DNA of 64,000 bases from an uncultured virus (IMG/VR IMGVR_UViG_3300022468_000816) (Duplodnaviria > Heunggongvirae > Uroviricota > Caudoviricetes), in the IMG/VR virus record IMGVR_UViG_3300022468_000816; one strand, 5' to 3'. The notes below the pieces were generated by a model. That model was not told the origin of the DNA. It saw nothing but the letters and a program-made list of their open reading frames with translations, and made no database searches. Below are positions 63,601-64,000 of the stretch, piece by piece (positions within the stretch are counted from its first letter, which is position 1; each line of letters starts with the position of its first letter). The position numbers were made by a program, and so were the translations under genes.

Positions 63601-64000
63601 GGATGGCGTCCTCGGTGCCGATCTTGCCCAGCGAACCCTGCCACTGGTCCTTGGCGCCCTGCTTGAGCGCCACGGTCAGCGCCGCGTTGGCCTCCATCTC
63701 GCCCAGGGTTTGGCCCAGGATCTTCTGGGCGTCGTTGACGGCCTTGCGCCGGTGGTTGTTCAGCTCCTGCGCCACCTGCAGGTCCGCGCCGCTGGCCGCC
63801 TCGCCCAGCTCGATCTCCTTGGCGGCGTCCATCAGCTCGCGCGCCTGGCCCAGGGCCTCGGCGCTGGCCTCCATGTAGTGGTGCAGGTGGAAGTTCTGCA
63901 CGCCCTCGGTGATGCGCTCCACGTCCTCGGGCAGGTCGGCGTGGATCCGGCGGGCCAGCACCTGCGCCGCGCCGGCGATGCCCAGCACGTCCACCACGCT
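60647..64000 (-). CDS. large SNF2-type helicase-domain protein, 5' end outside the window
   Basis: FGTGSGKS, TDESQ, ASGDPVKN, GATGMNIQ, QRNGRIFRTGQ; more than 1100 aa visible. Confidence 0.85.
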   Translation of the reverse strand, partial: SVVDVLGIAGAAQVLARRIHADLPEDVERITEGVQNFHLHHYMEASAEALGQARELMDAAKEIELGEAASGADLQVAQELNNHRRKAVNDAQKILGQTLGEMEANAALTVALKQGAKDQWQGSLGKIGTEDAIRRVRAIGLQRGDYTLETVAGDTFLTINAAGMDRLAKPVAREDVAQVQRNLAIIRGDHDEDGWLPLGVARRPDLGMDVKPGVAPRLAEPFQPGQDLEQSLRDYIGGRAADGDAPGDIVADIQSAAFFQKVGFDRADAYRAALDSVAPLKGADGKQRRAEQLADTFDGYADKFVEQRHGGKISTLNRQRFEVDQKSVEALHRALAEHPEGVAAFKQVGELTNQDQRALREHFYRNIAKESPEQGALRAELERLDGAQPERETTDMFGETTTNPEWADWKAQRDAAAAKVNAAGLDWPKYVEAMHGHAKAYEAVQDLIRSNVGRSFAETYNKLNPGKPLKLGKAVIRNNLNHLDATDPKARDERMARERELVDSLRERSAGRYAAGSVSDKLDAARDQDEAFNQAQMGFFSAEDVPAAADGPAALAGDERHTLGHVAERQIAGMMGQVGKNFKPGQPTKLWAPTMSGGKNAARQRLVRMVEANKRVMAAFGTGSGKSLLQLAAFTHLQQQGKAKRGLYLVPSIVQGQFSGEALRYLDPGKFNWHIEPGASREERIKAYKNPEHHFCVMTHQSFRDDMLHLGAQHAGVSPGEMSDRLNAMSEGERKGWMKSIMEREGINFDFLATDESQYTLNRAGKENSGLANVVDALSAHTPYYMAASGDPVKNDASEVFDLMKKMDPERYNDRGAFMRRYGADTLASKEALKREMARYVYPSKIDPDVAANRRESKVSLSKGQTQALAELDKHFTSARIARMEGRVDVDAMKAISPGSFDGVPEEKHAEVAKTLQQSLGIMKSSAVQRVINTHPDNPLVDDVAKHAAERKGKPGVIFAHHRESVKMLAERLKKEGHRVVVITGSDSAQEKDRKRQMFNPEQGEAQADILVASDAGATGMNIQRGQWLYQFDTPQTAMTHAQRNGRIFRTGQKNDVELIDGVADHPDVHRARERLQRKYGLRELMTSPMESLDDTGVAHFLKQRQVAQQDSQDGLF

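Noticed and set aside
1..64000. CRISPR array, DGR/retron, IS element or rRNA
   Set aside because: No regularly spaced repeats, reverse transcriptase, transposase or rRNA-like sequence seen.

Overview
The whole window is one GC-rich temperate myovirus (contractile-tail phage) of a Gram-negative host. Overlapping spanins support a Gram-negative host, and a Burkholderiales-type betaproteobacterium is my inference. An attP-like 3' fragment of tRNA-Gly(TCC) sits beside the tyrosine integrase with phage genes on both sides, so this looks like the excised or free form. Layout: 1-6.1 kb leftward accessory genes (Gp49/66-family protein, secreted protein, metallopeptidase, two winged-HTH paralogues, Dam-family MTase); 6.1-6.6 kb AT-rich origin-like region; 6.6-11.8 kb small rightward genes; 12-18.8 kb leftward replication genes (primase-helicase, VRR-NUC, SSB, SF2 helicase, HNH, HTH); 19-30.4 kb rightward recombination and integration genes; 30.4-32.4 kb lysis; 32.4-60 kb leftward tail, baseplate and head genes; and a 5'-truncated large SNF2-type protein. 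Terminase and portal are not in the window. The most notable signals are non-coding: (1) a genome-wide TGATC-N6-GATCA box fused to -10 elements; (2) a separate late-type G(T/G)CGTGAC-NN-[-10] promoter, often leaderless; (3) a structured RNA plus leader-peptide switch ahead of the primase. There are also unannotated products (a CTG-start excisionase and a +1 frameshifted tail chaperone), a pair of distant secreted 'GWF' paralogues, and a spike with a low-GC C-terminal extension. All family calls are by eye; no searches were run.
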